Positions 19,956-30,783 of a DNA stretch of 64,000 nt are shown here, piece after piece. The notes below the pieces were generated by a model. The model did not search any database and was not told the DNA's origin. It saw nothing but the letters and a program-made list of their open reading frames with translations. Within the stretch, counting starts at the first letter, position 1, and each line of letters begins with the position of its first letter. The stretch lies in NCBI GenBank assembly GCA_963677485.1, contig OY781964.1:3200001-3264000 (forward strand). The letters are read 5' to 3'. The position numbers were made by a program, and so were the translations under genes. Origin of the DNA: Armatimonadota bacterium (GTDB lineage: Bacteria > Armatimonadota > HRBIN16).

Positions 19956-21611
19956 GGCGGCTTAGCCGCAACCAAAAAAGGAATGATTGCATTCGCCACG
20001 TAATATACATTCAAACACCCTTTCGTGAGGTTGCCCAGAATGACATCACTTCAAGAACGCTATGCAAAGCAGATAGCTGGGGTATATTCATGCTTCGACC
20101 GCATAGTTATCACCGGTACAATCCCAGGCTGGTGTCATAGCGACGGAATGGGCATCTATCTTCATCAACGCAACATCAGGCTATTTGACTTTCCTAAGGA
20201 ATTTGCCGAACCTCTACGAGATGAGATCAAAGCCAATGCGGAACGCCTTGCCGTTACCAACAGCATTGAAATTGAGTATATACGCCGTGCCTCTTCATTT
20301 CGAAAAGAAGACCGCATCAAAGAGATCATTAGTAGTCGAGGGTGTCACCCCGGTCTCGTCCACATATTCTCAGTGTTGGAAAAATGTCCTGCATACACCC
20401 CGTGGCACGACAAGATTACCCACAAAACCCGGCTGAATATCAAGGAGACCAAGTGTCTTCATTACTACTTCTATTTCATCGATGCAGAGTTTGGACTGTG
20501 CTATCTACGAGTTCCGACCTGGGTGCCCTTCCGTCTGCAATTCTATTGTAATGGACACAATTATCTCGCGCATTGCCTTCAATCCGAGGGAGTAGTTTTC
20601 ACTCCACTGGACAACGCCTTTGTAAAAATCGACGACTTTAGCTGTGCTCAGAGGCTGGCAGACGCTTTTCCTGCTGATAAGCTGCACCATGCGCTGGATG
20701 CATTTGCCAGAATGTATTGCCCCGTGATACGGCTTGCTGACAATTCATATCATTGGTCGCTAATGCAGGTGGAATATGCTACAGACATCGTGTTCAAACG
20801 CGCCGAAGACCTCAAAGCCATCTACGATAATCTAGTCAAAACAGCGATACATACGGTAACGCCAGAGTCTATCGCGATGTTTCTTGGTAAGAAACTTGAT
20901 GGGCGAACACTCGCTGAGATCGGCACTGACTACAAGTTCGATCGCCGCATACAAGGCACGCGCATCAAACACTACATGGGATGGGCTTCTATCAAAATGT
21001 ATGACAAGCAAGGGATAATCTTGCGTATCGAGACGACTGTGAATGACGTCTCTGAATTTAAACACTACCGTGAGGTAGAACATCATGATGGGACGACTGA
21101 GATTAAATACGCCCCTATGCAAAAGACCATCTACAGCCTTCCTCCATTGAGGGAACTGTTATTATCTGCAAACAACAGATATCTTGACTTTCTTTCCGCC
21201 CTTGATGACAACAGCGATGGTGAACATCAGATCATCAAAATCGCGACCTCGACCACCCGTGATCATCGCTCGTATCGAGGATTCAACCTTTTCCTCAAGA
21301 AGGATTTGGAATGTCTCATTGCACTTGCTCGCGGAGAGGGATGCATCAGCGGGATCACAAACCGTATGCTTCAAAAAGCCTTACCGCAGATGTCCAGCTC
21401 TCAGATATCATACTTCATCAAGCGATGCCGAGTATTCCGGCTCGTTAAAAAATGCGGTAAACGCTACAAATACTACCTCACTGCACTTGGCAAGCGTATC
21501 ATCATGGCAGCACTTGCTATTCGCCAGATCGTTGTGCCTAACGCTTTGTGTGGTGCGTAATATCAGAATATTCTATACACCGTGTTCAAAATATGGTTGG
21601 TAAGATACTAA
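19956..21611 (+). mobile_element. 1656-bp insertion element, copy 1 (unclassified; target ACCTAA^C)
   Basis: Reads the same as 24651-26306. Its boundaries are defined by two different flanks and by exact restoration of the host ORF. CTAA is present at both junctions. Confidence 0.92.
20040..21560 (+). CDS. Putative transposase of the insertion element (Rep_trans-like motifs plus C-terminal winged helix)
   Basis: Only long ORF in the element. The ATG at 20040 follows GAGG (alternative GTG at 20025). Motifs SCFDRIVITG, QVEYATD and IKMYDK...LRIETT; wHTH-like C-terminus. Confidence 0.8.
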   Translation: MTSLQERYAKQIAGVYSCFDRIVITGTIPGWCHSDGMGIYLHQRNIRLFDFPKEFAEPLRDEIKANAERLAVTNSIEIEYIRRASSFRKEDRIKEIISSRGCHPGLVHIFSVLEKCPAYTPWHDKITHKTRLNIKETKCLHYYFYFIDAEFGLCYLRVPTWVPFRLQFYCNGHNYLAHCLQSEGVVFTPLDNAFVKIDDFSCAQRLADAFPADKLHHALDAFARMYCPVIRLADNSYHWSLMQVEYATDIVFKRAEDLKAIYDNLVKTAIHTVTPESIAMFLGKKLDGRTLAEIGTDYKFDRRIQGTRIKHYMGWASIKMYDKQGIILRIETTVNDVSEFKHYREVEHHDGTTEIKYAPMQKTIYSLPPLRELLLSANNRYLDFLSALDDNSDGEHQIIKIATSTTRDHRSYRGFNLFLKKDLECLIALARGEGCISGITNRMLQKALPQMSSSQISYFIKRCRVFRLVKKCGKRYKYYLTALGKRIIMAALAIRQIVVPNALCGA

Positions 21612-22260
21612 CAAGGGTTTCACCGCCATCTCCGCATCGGAATATCATACAGTTGGAATCCGCGGTGTTCAGTCAATCGACGGAAAGCTGCAACTAGGGC
21701 AATTCTTGGGCAGTATTACTGCGCGGCAGCTCACAGCTTCTATCAGCAATACAGCTGACTCCAGCAGTACTCAATGCCTCAGTATAAACCCTCAGGCTAA
21801 CGGTGAATACTCCCTCTCCACCTACCTTTTACCACCATATAGTCTTCGTGTCAGCAGCCCGCACTTCCTCACTGCGAAGGCGACCAATGTGGGCATCGGG
21901 CAACGCGTCAACATCATTCTCACTAACGGCGACGTGGATGGTGACGGCCAAATCAATCTGTTTGATATGGTGGCTCTAGATTCTAAATTCGGCTCCTCAG
22001 ATACCATTGCCGACCTTGATGGTGATGGTATAGTCAACCTGTTTGACTATGTAGTCATCGATCAGAACTTCGGTGCGCAGGGTGATTGATCACAAGCACT
22101 ATCTGATGCAAGCGAAGAGAAACCCGCTAGGGGTGACTCTATGACGGAGTGTCATATCACCCTCCAGCTTAGGAGTGAGGCCTGCTCTCCCTTGCCGTTG
22201 TTTAGTATTGGAGAGCTCATCATATATAGGTACTAAGTGCGTTTGCCGGACGCTCTACGC

Positions 22261-23439
22261 TCACGGCTGATTGACCACGCCCGTGAAGAGTATCTCGCCG
22301 GTGGGATCGTGCCGTATGAGAAACACGAACGGCCGGTTGAACTTGATTTTCGGTGGATTTGGAGAGATGCCCAACATCATGCCAATCCCGGAAGCCGCGG
22401 AAGCGACCGTGCCTCGCTCATTCACTTCAACCATGCATTTTTGTTTCGCTTCGCCAATCCAGAGGTCTTGAGACACTCTTGCCAGCATGCCGCTAAAATC
22501 GGCATGTGCCCCAAACGGCAACGGCATGCCCATTTTGGTAAGCGGTGGGATCAACTTGGTCTCTACATCCATCTTGAACCTGGGTAACGAGAGCTCCGCA
22601 TGACTGGTATCAAGGTTAGCCACCATATCGTGAAGTGCCTTGCCAGTCAGGATGCCCAAGAGCTTCTGGGGAGAGGAATTCGGAGCCGGCAATATAAGAT
22701 ACATCGCTAGCGTCTGCTGAAGTTGCATGATTTTTCGAAAGCCTTCGCTGCTAGTCGTGCTTCCTGGTTTGATTGCTGAGGCGAGGCGGCTAAGGTTGTA
22801 TGGCAGTCGGACCATGTCATACTTACTGGTCTGGGAAAACCCCATGTCCTCATCTTTACACATGTAGGTAGCAGTCGACCGCTTACCCTCGCTGCCATAC
22901 CAGACCGCTTTGACGTTTGCTTTCGGGTTGAACGGGTCTAGCCACTCGCCATGGAACAGCACCGTGTTGATGATGATCATCGCTATCTGTGAATCGATGC
23001 TGTCATACATCCGATTGATACGTCCATTAGTGTTTTTCGTCACCCACTGGTTAATCAAGTTCACAGTCTGGCGATCATGTAGATCAACCGTGTTCACCGG
23101 TGCGTGATACACGCTGTTCACTTTACGGGCATATCCTGGATCAAGACGATAGAGTTGGTGCAGCCACAATGAGTTTGCGACCAGCATTTCCGCTGGTGTC
23201 AGAGCACCACTGATTTGCCTGATAGTCTTCACGTTGCTTTGGTTCACTTGTTCGATAGAGCTGCTGCCGAAACCCAGCACCTTCGTCATCTGGCGGAGGG
23301 TTTCACCCCGGGCCCCGTTCAGCGTCATGCTGAGCGCGATGCGGGCGCTGTAGGGCGAGAGGCACAGGTTCTGACCGTCTTGGTTGCACTGCTGAGTGAG
23401 CCTCAGCGCGAAGTCGGACGATGCGTAATTAGGCTGCAT
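22261..23439 (-). CDS. Serpin (serine protease inhibitor)
   Basis: NLCLSPYS...ALSM..NGARGET, INTVLFHGEW..PF, LPRFK, hinge EVNERGTVASAAS, FNRPFVFLIRH..TGEILFTG.V.QP. Confidence 0.95.
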   Translation of the reverse strand: MQPNYASSDFALRLTQQCNQDGQNLCLSPYSARIALSMTLNGARGETLRQMTKVLGFGSSSIEQVNQSNVKTIRQISGALTPAEMLVANSLWLHQLYRLDPGYARKVNSVYHAPVNTVDLHDRQTVNLINQWVTKNTNGRINRMYDSIDSQIAMIIINTVLFHGEWLDPFNPKANVKAVWYGSEGKRSTATYMCKDEDMGFSQTSKYDMVRLPYNLSRLASAIKPGSTTSSEGFRKIMQLQQTLAMYLILPAPNSSPQKLLGILTGKALHDMVANLDTSHAELSLPRFKMDVETKLIPPLTKMGMPLPFGAHADFSGMLARVSQDLWIGEAKQKCMVEVNERGTVASAASGIGMMLGISPNPPKIKFNRPFVFLIRHDPTGEILFTGVVNQP

Positions 23440-24650
23440 ATTGAAACCCCTCTACTTTTCTATTAAAGCGTCCAGGCGCCCTACGCTTGCGGTTGGTTGA
23501 CCACGCCTGTGAAGAGAATCTCGCCGGTGGGATCGTGCCGTATGAGAAACACGAACGGCCGGTTGAACTCCAACTTCGGTGGATCTGGATTGATTCCCGC
23601 TATTGTCATCAGGCCGGAAGCCGCGGACGCGACCGTGCCTCGTTCATTTACTCCAAGCACGCATTTCTGTTTGGCTTGATCGATTTCGATCGGGCTGGCC
23701 ATTTTGGTAAACATGCCGCTAAAATCGGCATGCTTCTCAAACGGCAACGGCATACCCATTTTCGACAGCGGGGCGATAAGGTCAGTCTCCACTTCCATCT
23801 TGAACCTGGGCACTGACAGCACTACATGACCAATATTCAGGCCGTCGATCATCTGGTCTAACGAAGGACCGGTTAAGCTGTTCAGGAGCTTCTGGGGCGA
23901 GGATCCTGAAGCGGGCAATATCAAATACATCGCTAGCGTCCTGTTCAGCTGCATTGCTTGATGTAATGTTTCACCAGTTATACCGCCGGGTTTGATGGTA
24001 ACTGCGAGGCGGCTCAGGTTGTATGGAAGCCTCACCATGGCGTGCGTTTTGGCCTGTGAAAACTCCATATCCTTGTCTTTTTTCATAAAGTTGATGTTTT
24101 GCCGTTTGCCTTTAAAACCATGCCAGGTCGCCTTGACATTTTTCTTGGGATCAAATGGATCAATCCATCCTCCCTGGAACAGCACCGTGTTAAGGATGAT
24201 CAACATCGTCTGTGGGTCAAGGAGGTCATACATCCGTGTGACCCTTCCGTTGGTGCTTTTCGCCACCTACTGGTTGATCGTATTTACAGTACGGCTGTCA
24301 CTCATGCTGACCAAGTTGACAGGGGCATGGTACACGCTGTCGACTCTGCGGGCATAACCGGGATCCAAGCGATAGCGTTGTTCCAGCCACAACGCGTTTG
24401 CCATCAACAGCTCCTGTGGTGTCAGATGGTCACTAATCTGTTTCATGAGCTTCGTATTGCTCTGGTTGATCTGATCGATGGAGCTGCCGCCGAAACCCAG
24501 CACAATCGTCATTTGGCGGAGGGTTTCACCCCGGGCCCCGTTCAGCACCATGCTGAGCGCGATGCGTGCGCTGTAGGGCGAGAGGCACAGGTTCTTGCCG
24601 GTTTCGTAGCATTGCTGCGTGAGCCGTAGGGCGAAATCGGAACTACCTAA

Positions 24651-26306
24651 GGCGGCTTAGCCGCAACCAAAAAAGGAATGATTGCATTCGCCACGTAATA
24701 TACATTCAAACACCCTTTCGTGAGGTTGCCCAGAATGACATCACTTCAAGAACGCTATGCAAAGCAGATAGCTGGGGTATATTCATGCTTCGACCGCATA
24801 GTTATCACCGGTACAATCCCAGGCTGGTGTCATAGCGACGGAATGGGCATCTATCTTCATCAACGCAACATCAGGCTATTTGACTTTCCTAAGGAATTTG
24901 CCGAACCTCTACGAGATGAGATCAAAGCCAATGCGGAACGCCTTGCCGTTACCAACAGCATTGAAATTGAGTATATACGCCGTGCCTCTTCATTTCGAAA
25001 AGAAGACCGCATCAAAGAGATCATTAGTAGTCGAGGGTGTCACCCCGGTCTCGTCCACATATTCTCAGTGTTGGAAAAATGTCCTGCATACACCCCGTGG
25101 CACGACAAGATTACCCACAAAACCCGGCTGAATATCAAGGAGACCAAGTGTCTTCATTACTACTTCTATTTCATCGATGCAGAGTTTGGACTGTGCTATC
25201 TACGAGTTCCGACCTGGGTGCCCTTCCGTCTGCAATTCTATTGTAATGGACACAATTATCTCGCGCATTGCCTTCAATCCGAGGGAGTAGTTTTCACTCC
25301 ACTGGACAACGCCTTTGTAAAAATCGACGACTTTAGCTGTGCTCAGAGGCTGGCAGACGCTTTTCCTGCTGATAAGCTGCACCATGCGCTGGATGCATTT
25401 GCCAGAATGTATTGCCCCGTGATACGGCTTGCTGACAATTCATATCATTGGTCGCTAATGCAGGTGGAATATGCTACAGACATCGTGTTCAAACGCGCCG
25501 AAGACCTCAAAGCCATCTACGATAATCTAGTCAAAACAGCGATACATACGGTAACGCCAGAGTCTATCGCGATGTTTCTTGGTAAGAAACTTGATGGGCG
25601 AACACTCGCTGAGATCGGCACTGACTACAAGTTCGATCGCCGCATACAAGGCACGCGCATCAAACACTACATGGGATGGGCTTCTATCAAAATGTATGAC
25701 AAGCAAGGGATAATCTTGCGTATCGAGACGACTGTGAATGACGTCTCTGAATTTAAACACTACCGTGAGGTAGAACATCATGATGGGACGACTGAGATTA
25801 AATACGCCCCTATGCAAAAGACCATCTACAGCCTTCCTCCATTGAGGGAACTGTTATTATCTGCAAACAACAGATATCTTGACTTTCTTTCCGCCCTTGA
25901 TGACAACAGCGATGGTGAACATCAGATCATCAAAATCGCGACCTCGACCACCCGTGATCATCGCTCGTATCGAGGATTCAACCTTTTCCTCAAGAAGGAT
26001 TTGGAATGTCTCATTGCACTTGCTCGCGGAGAGGGATGCATCAGCGGGATCACAAACCGTATGCTTCAAAAAGCCTTACCGCAGATGTCCAGCTCTCAGA
26101 TATCATACTTCATCAAGCGATGCCGAGTATTCCGGCTCGTTAAAAAATGCGGTAAACGCTACAAATACTACCTCACTGCACTTGGCAAGCGTATCATCAT
26201 GGCAGCACTTGCTATTCGCCAGATCGTTGTGCCTAACGCTTTGTGTGGTGCGTAATATCAGAATATTCTATACACCGTGTTCAAAATATGGTTGGTAAGA
26301 TACTAA
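24651..26306 (+). mobile_element. 1656-bp insertion element, copy 2
   Basis: Same sequence and length as copy 1; flanks aactacctaa | cgcattagccat. Confidence 0.92.
24735..26255 (+). CDS. Putative transposase, identical to 20040-21560
   Basis: Identical translation in the ORF track. Confidence 0.8.
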   Translation: MTSLQERYAKQIAGVYSCFDRIVITGTIPGWCHSDGMGIYLHQRNIRLFDFPKEFAEPLRDEIKANAERLAVTNSIEIEYIRRASSFRKEDRIKEIISSRGCHPGLVHIFSVLEKCPAYTPWHDKITHKTRLNIKETKCLHYYFYFIDAEFGLCYLRVPTWVPFRLQFYCNGHNYLAHCLQSEGVVFTPLDNAFVKIDDFSCAQRLADAFPADKLHHALDAFARMYCPVIRLADNSYHWSLMQVEYATDIVFKRAEDLKAIYDNLVKTAIHTVTPESIAMFLGKKLDGRTLAEIGTDYKFDRRIQGTRIKHYMGWASIKMYDKQGIILRIETTVNDVSEFKHYREVEHHDGTTEIKYAPMQKTIYSLPPLRELLLSANNRYLDFLSALDDNSDGEHQIIKIATSTTRDHRSYRGFNLFLKKDLECLIALARGEGCISGITNRMLQKALPQMSSSQISYFIKRCRVFRLVKKCGKRYKYYLTALGKRIIMAALAIRQIVVPNALCGA

Positions 26307-26432
26307 CGCATTAGCCATTGTTCTTGATAACCTCCTGTGGGTAGTCGTAAAAAACGAGCTTTGCTATTATTGACGCCGGAGAGGGTGGGAATGTTTCCTG
26401 TTTACCATATTCCTATCTGAGATATATGGCCA

Positions 26433-27485
26433 CTACGGAATATACTGCGCGTTCTTCAGGCCGTGTTGGTCAATGTTGGTCATAATCTTCGCATCGTCGT
26501 TGGAAATGGCGTACGAATTATCGACACCCTTGACGGTCGCAGCTACCAAGTCCGAGCTGCCCACACGGTAGACATCAAATCCGGCCATGTAGGTGAGATT
26601 GTATAGGTATTTATGTATGATAAAGTCATCAACTATTGATACTTCGTTGAACATCGCCCCGATTTCTCCGTAACGAGGTCGAATCACCGATATCTTTTTG
26701 ACAGAATTACCCTCGTACCGGTACACAGTGCTGCCATTGATCAATATCTGCCCACTGGCCACAAAACTCCGAGCGTCCCGTTTCATACCCAAACTCCCGG
26801 TATCGTGCCTTTTCCATGTACCAAGATCGATACGCGTGATCGAGCCATCTCCAGAAACCAGCAATAAACTGTTGCCAGAGAACCAGCCATACGAATCCTG
26901 AAATTCCTTGTAGAGGTGCCTATGTTTGACATCAAACTTATACACCGTCGTGACGGTCCTACCATCGCCATATCGCCCGTTGATGCATATCCAGTTGCCG
27001 GAAATGTGATTGTCCACAGGCCAAGGCAGGAGCTCTACAGCACTTGGCGACAGGGTGTATATCTTGTGGTTTTTAATGGCGATGGAGGTAGACGGACCAT
27101 CGACGTCCTTCCATATGCCAGACTTCATCTTTTTGTCGGTGACAATAAACTCTTTGTTGCTGTGTCTGATGTTCACCCATATTTCATTCTTCGCACGGAT
27201 GGCGGTTTGCTGCCGTGTATCAGTTTTCAACGCTTTACTAAATGTGTAACTCTTGCGGGACTGTGGCCAGTATATGTAGTTATTCTCTACACCGGCCACC
27301 AGTATCGCGACCTCGTTGTCTGGCCAGGTTTGCGCAAGCCGCTTGCCGGTGAAGTAATACCACCAGGGCAGCGCACCACTCAGTGTGTAGATGATGAGCG
27401 AGACCGGGAGGGCAACTAACACAAGTGCGATGGTGATAACTACCCTTTGCTTCAGGGTGAGCTTCTTCCTGGGTGCATTATTCAT
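26433..27485 (-). CDS. Hypothetical membrane-anchored protein
   Basis: 350-aa ORF with a basic N-terminus, then a transmembrane helix and a beta-rich remainder; AT-richer than its neighbours. Confidence 0.6.
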   Translation of the reverse strand: MNNAPRKKLTLKQRVVITIALVLVALPVSLIIYTLSGALPWWYYFTGKRLAQTWPDNEVAILVAGVENNYIYWPQSRKSYTFSKALKTDTRQQTAIRAKNEIWVNIRHSNKEFIVTDKKMKSGIWKDVDGPSTSIAIKNHKIYTLSPSAVELLPWPVDNHISGNWICINGRYGDGRTVTTVYKFDVKHRHLYKEFQDSYGWFSGNSLLLVSGDGSITRIDLGTWKRHDTGSLGMKRDARSFVASGQILINGSTVYRYEGNSVKKISVIRPRYGEIGAMFNEVSIVDDFIIHKYLYNLTYMAGFDVYRVGSSDLVAATVKGVDNSYAISNDDAKIMTNIDQHGLKNAQYIP

Positions 27486-27624
27486 ATGATTTGCCTTCCG
27501 TTAACAGCCGTGTATTGCTTCATCGCATTGGCTGCATTATGAACCGATTATTGTATTTTGTCAACAAGCCCGACCGGCACGTAAGGTCCAGGGTTTTCCC
27601 GTCCTGGGTGCAGGGACCGCACCC

Positions 27625-27826
27625 CTTGGCGTCTTTGCGTTCCTTGCGCCTTTGCGTTGGAAGCCCCTTTCCCATTTACGTTCATTCGTGGTTAGTGAGG
27701 ACAAGTAAGATGAGTAGGACGAGTAGGACAGCTGCCTCACCCGACCGCTGGCTATTCCCATTCGCGTTCATTGGTGTGCATTCGTGGTAAAATGACCCTT
27801 CGCGAACTTCGCGGCTTCGCGTGAGA
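27625..27826. repeat. Cluster of short imperfect ~9-10-nt triad repeats
   Basis: cttgcgcctttgcgtt, gagtaggacgagtaggac, cattcgcgttcattggtgtgcattcgtggt and cttcgcgaacttcgcggcttcgcgtgaga. Related motifs occur at 17814-17960, 42301-42350 and 59232-59295. Confidence 0.6.
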
Positions 27827-27929
27827 CAGCACCAAGACCCCACATTGGCCTTCGGAGCAGCCTGGGCGTACAATGGTATCTAGCAGTGCCGTTCGTCAAG
27901 GCGCTGACTACGCAAAGAGGTAACAACTC

Positions 27930-29675
<1,746 letters not shown>

Positions 29676-29678
29676 GCT

Positions 29679-29756
29679 GCCGATGGTAGGGGCGACCGGC
29701 CGGTCGCCCCTACCATCGGCGTTCTGGCATCCAAGGGCGCCCACAAGGGACGCCCC
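29679..29756. repeat. Perfect 42-bp palindrome (family A REP-like) plus half copy; probable bidirectional terminator
   Basis: gccgatggtaggggcgaccgg|ccggtcgcccctaccatcggc (29679-29720), followed by agggcgcccacaagggacgcccc. Confidence 0.75.
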
Positions 29757-29795
29757 GACCAGCTTACAAAGCAAGCCCAATCGGGCCTATGTAGA

Positions 29796-30179
29796 TCATT
29801 CCTCGGGCGTGTTCATCTGGCTGTCCAGGTTGGTGTTCGTCGTGAGGTTGGTCACAGGCGCGGTGATTTTGGTATATGAGTCACCTTCTACGTTATCGGC
29901 GTTCATCGTCACTATCACATTCTCACACTGCGATGCAACCATGCAGCTCATATCACCTTCTACGCTGTCCAAAAACATCTGAACGGCGGAGGAGCCCTGG
30001 CTGTTGAGCACAACGCCGTAGTCGCCCTCCACCACGTCGCTGTTCACGGTGACCGGGCCATTGGAGTTGACCGTGATCTGTATATCGCCCTCCACCTGCG
30101 AGATGCTGATCGCCTCTACGAGCTGGCGCAGCTGCTGCACTTCCGCCTCCAGGGCGATGATGCGTTCTTCAAGTGTCAT
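29796..30179 (-). CDS. Hypothetical protein: N-terminal coiled coil plus four VEGD repeats
   Basis: AAGGAG RBS; MTLEERIIALEAEVQQL; VEGDI/VEGDY/VEGDM/VEGDS. Confidence 0.7.
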   Translation of the reverse strand: MTLEERIIALEAEVQQLRQLVEAISISQVEGDIQITVNSNGPVTVNSDVVEGDYGVVLNSQGSSAVQMFLDSVEGDMSCMVASQCENVIVTMNADNVEGDSYTKITAPVTNLTTNTNLDSQMNTPEE

Positions 30180-30280
30180 ATGGTTCTCCTTGTTGATTTA
30201 TAGGTGGTCATGAGCCTGAGTACAGTTGCCTCACTAAAACATGGTTTTGAGTTTGACGGCTTGCTACCCATCGGTGCCTT

Positions 30281-30510
30281 CCGGTCACCCACGAAGTGGG
30301 TTCTTTCTTATAGCCACGGGTGAGCGGAGCGTAACCCGTGGTGCAGGCCCCTGAATCCCTACCCCGAAGTGGGTCATACCTATTCGTGGTTGCAGTTCAT
30401 AAGGGCACTGATGACGACCCCTGTTCAGGGGTAGAGATACTGGCTACTGTCCAGGGGTATCGCTTCGCTACCCCTGGCTGTAAGAATCATACCCACTCCG
30501 TGGGTGCCGG
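30281..30510. repeat. Multi-hairpin palindromic element, family C
   Basis: Ends cacccacgaagtggg / cccactccgtgggtg with internal hairpins. Copies lie at 54669-54890 and 59065-59156. Confidence 0.75.
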
Positions 30511-30583
30511 AGGGATGTCAGTTACAACACTAGCTGTCTTGCATTCACGTTCGGCTGCTTGTCGGTAACCCGGCTTCCACTGA

Positions 30584-30742
30584 CCGGGGCGGTCTGTCAG
30601 TACGCCTGTGGAGGCCACTGACTATCAACCGTGTCGGTCTTGTTCTTGACACACATCTTTCATGGCTAACCGCCAGACCGGCGCGGTCTCGAGCTTTCAG
30701 CAACCGCTAGCCTATGCACAGACCGCCCCGGACTTAGGCAAT
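30584..30742. repeat. Family B MITE/REP-like element, inverted copy
   Basis: Reverse-complement similarity to 4798-4957. Confidence 0.7.
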
Positions 30743-30783
30743 ACGATCGACTGATACGTTACGGACTGGTCACGGCTTGTTGG

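Larger units (their letters stand above)
18289..22089 (+). pseudogene. Secreted RCC1-like repeat protein (39-aa repeats) with C-terminal dockerin-like domain, interrupted by an insertion element at 19955/21612
   Basis: GTG start after AAGGAG; about 14 GSVVCWG..N..QC.VP.PNQDF.AIAAG..H.VGLK repeats. Removing 19956-21611 rejoins ...DVPSP-N-KGFTAISASEYHTVGIRG... in frame to the GDVDGDGQINLFD / DLDGDGIVNLFD dockerin-like tail. Confidence 0.85.
23481..26318 (-). pseudogene. Second serpin, disrupted by insertion element copy 2 (near codon 5) and by a TGG>TAG nonsense codon at 24267-24269
   Basis: ATG at 26318 with AGGAGG RBS. Removing 24651-26306 gives MANALGSSDFALRLTQQC..., collinear with serpin 1 (MQPNYASSDFALRLTQQC). 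It reads INQ*VA where the paralog reads INQWVT. Confidence 0.9.

Noticed and set aside
20040-21560. MarR-family transcription regulator
   Set aside because: The winged helix is only the C-terminal part of a ~506-aa protein that is the sole gene of a demonstrably inserted element.
21706-22089. Independent small dockerin genes (21706-22089, 47446-47847) and separate serpin ORFs (23481-24266, 24267-24551)
   Set aside because: They are in-frame fragments of the disrupted RCC1 and serpin genes.
19956-26306. Composite transposon carrying the serpins between two IS copies
   Set aside because: Each copy interrupts a gene whose two halves lie on either side of it, so these are two independent insertions into resident DNA.
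27830-27929. T-box riboswitch upstream of thrS
   Set aside because: No T-box consensus or terminator/antiterminator is visible, and the upstream region is occupied by triad repeats.
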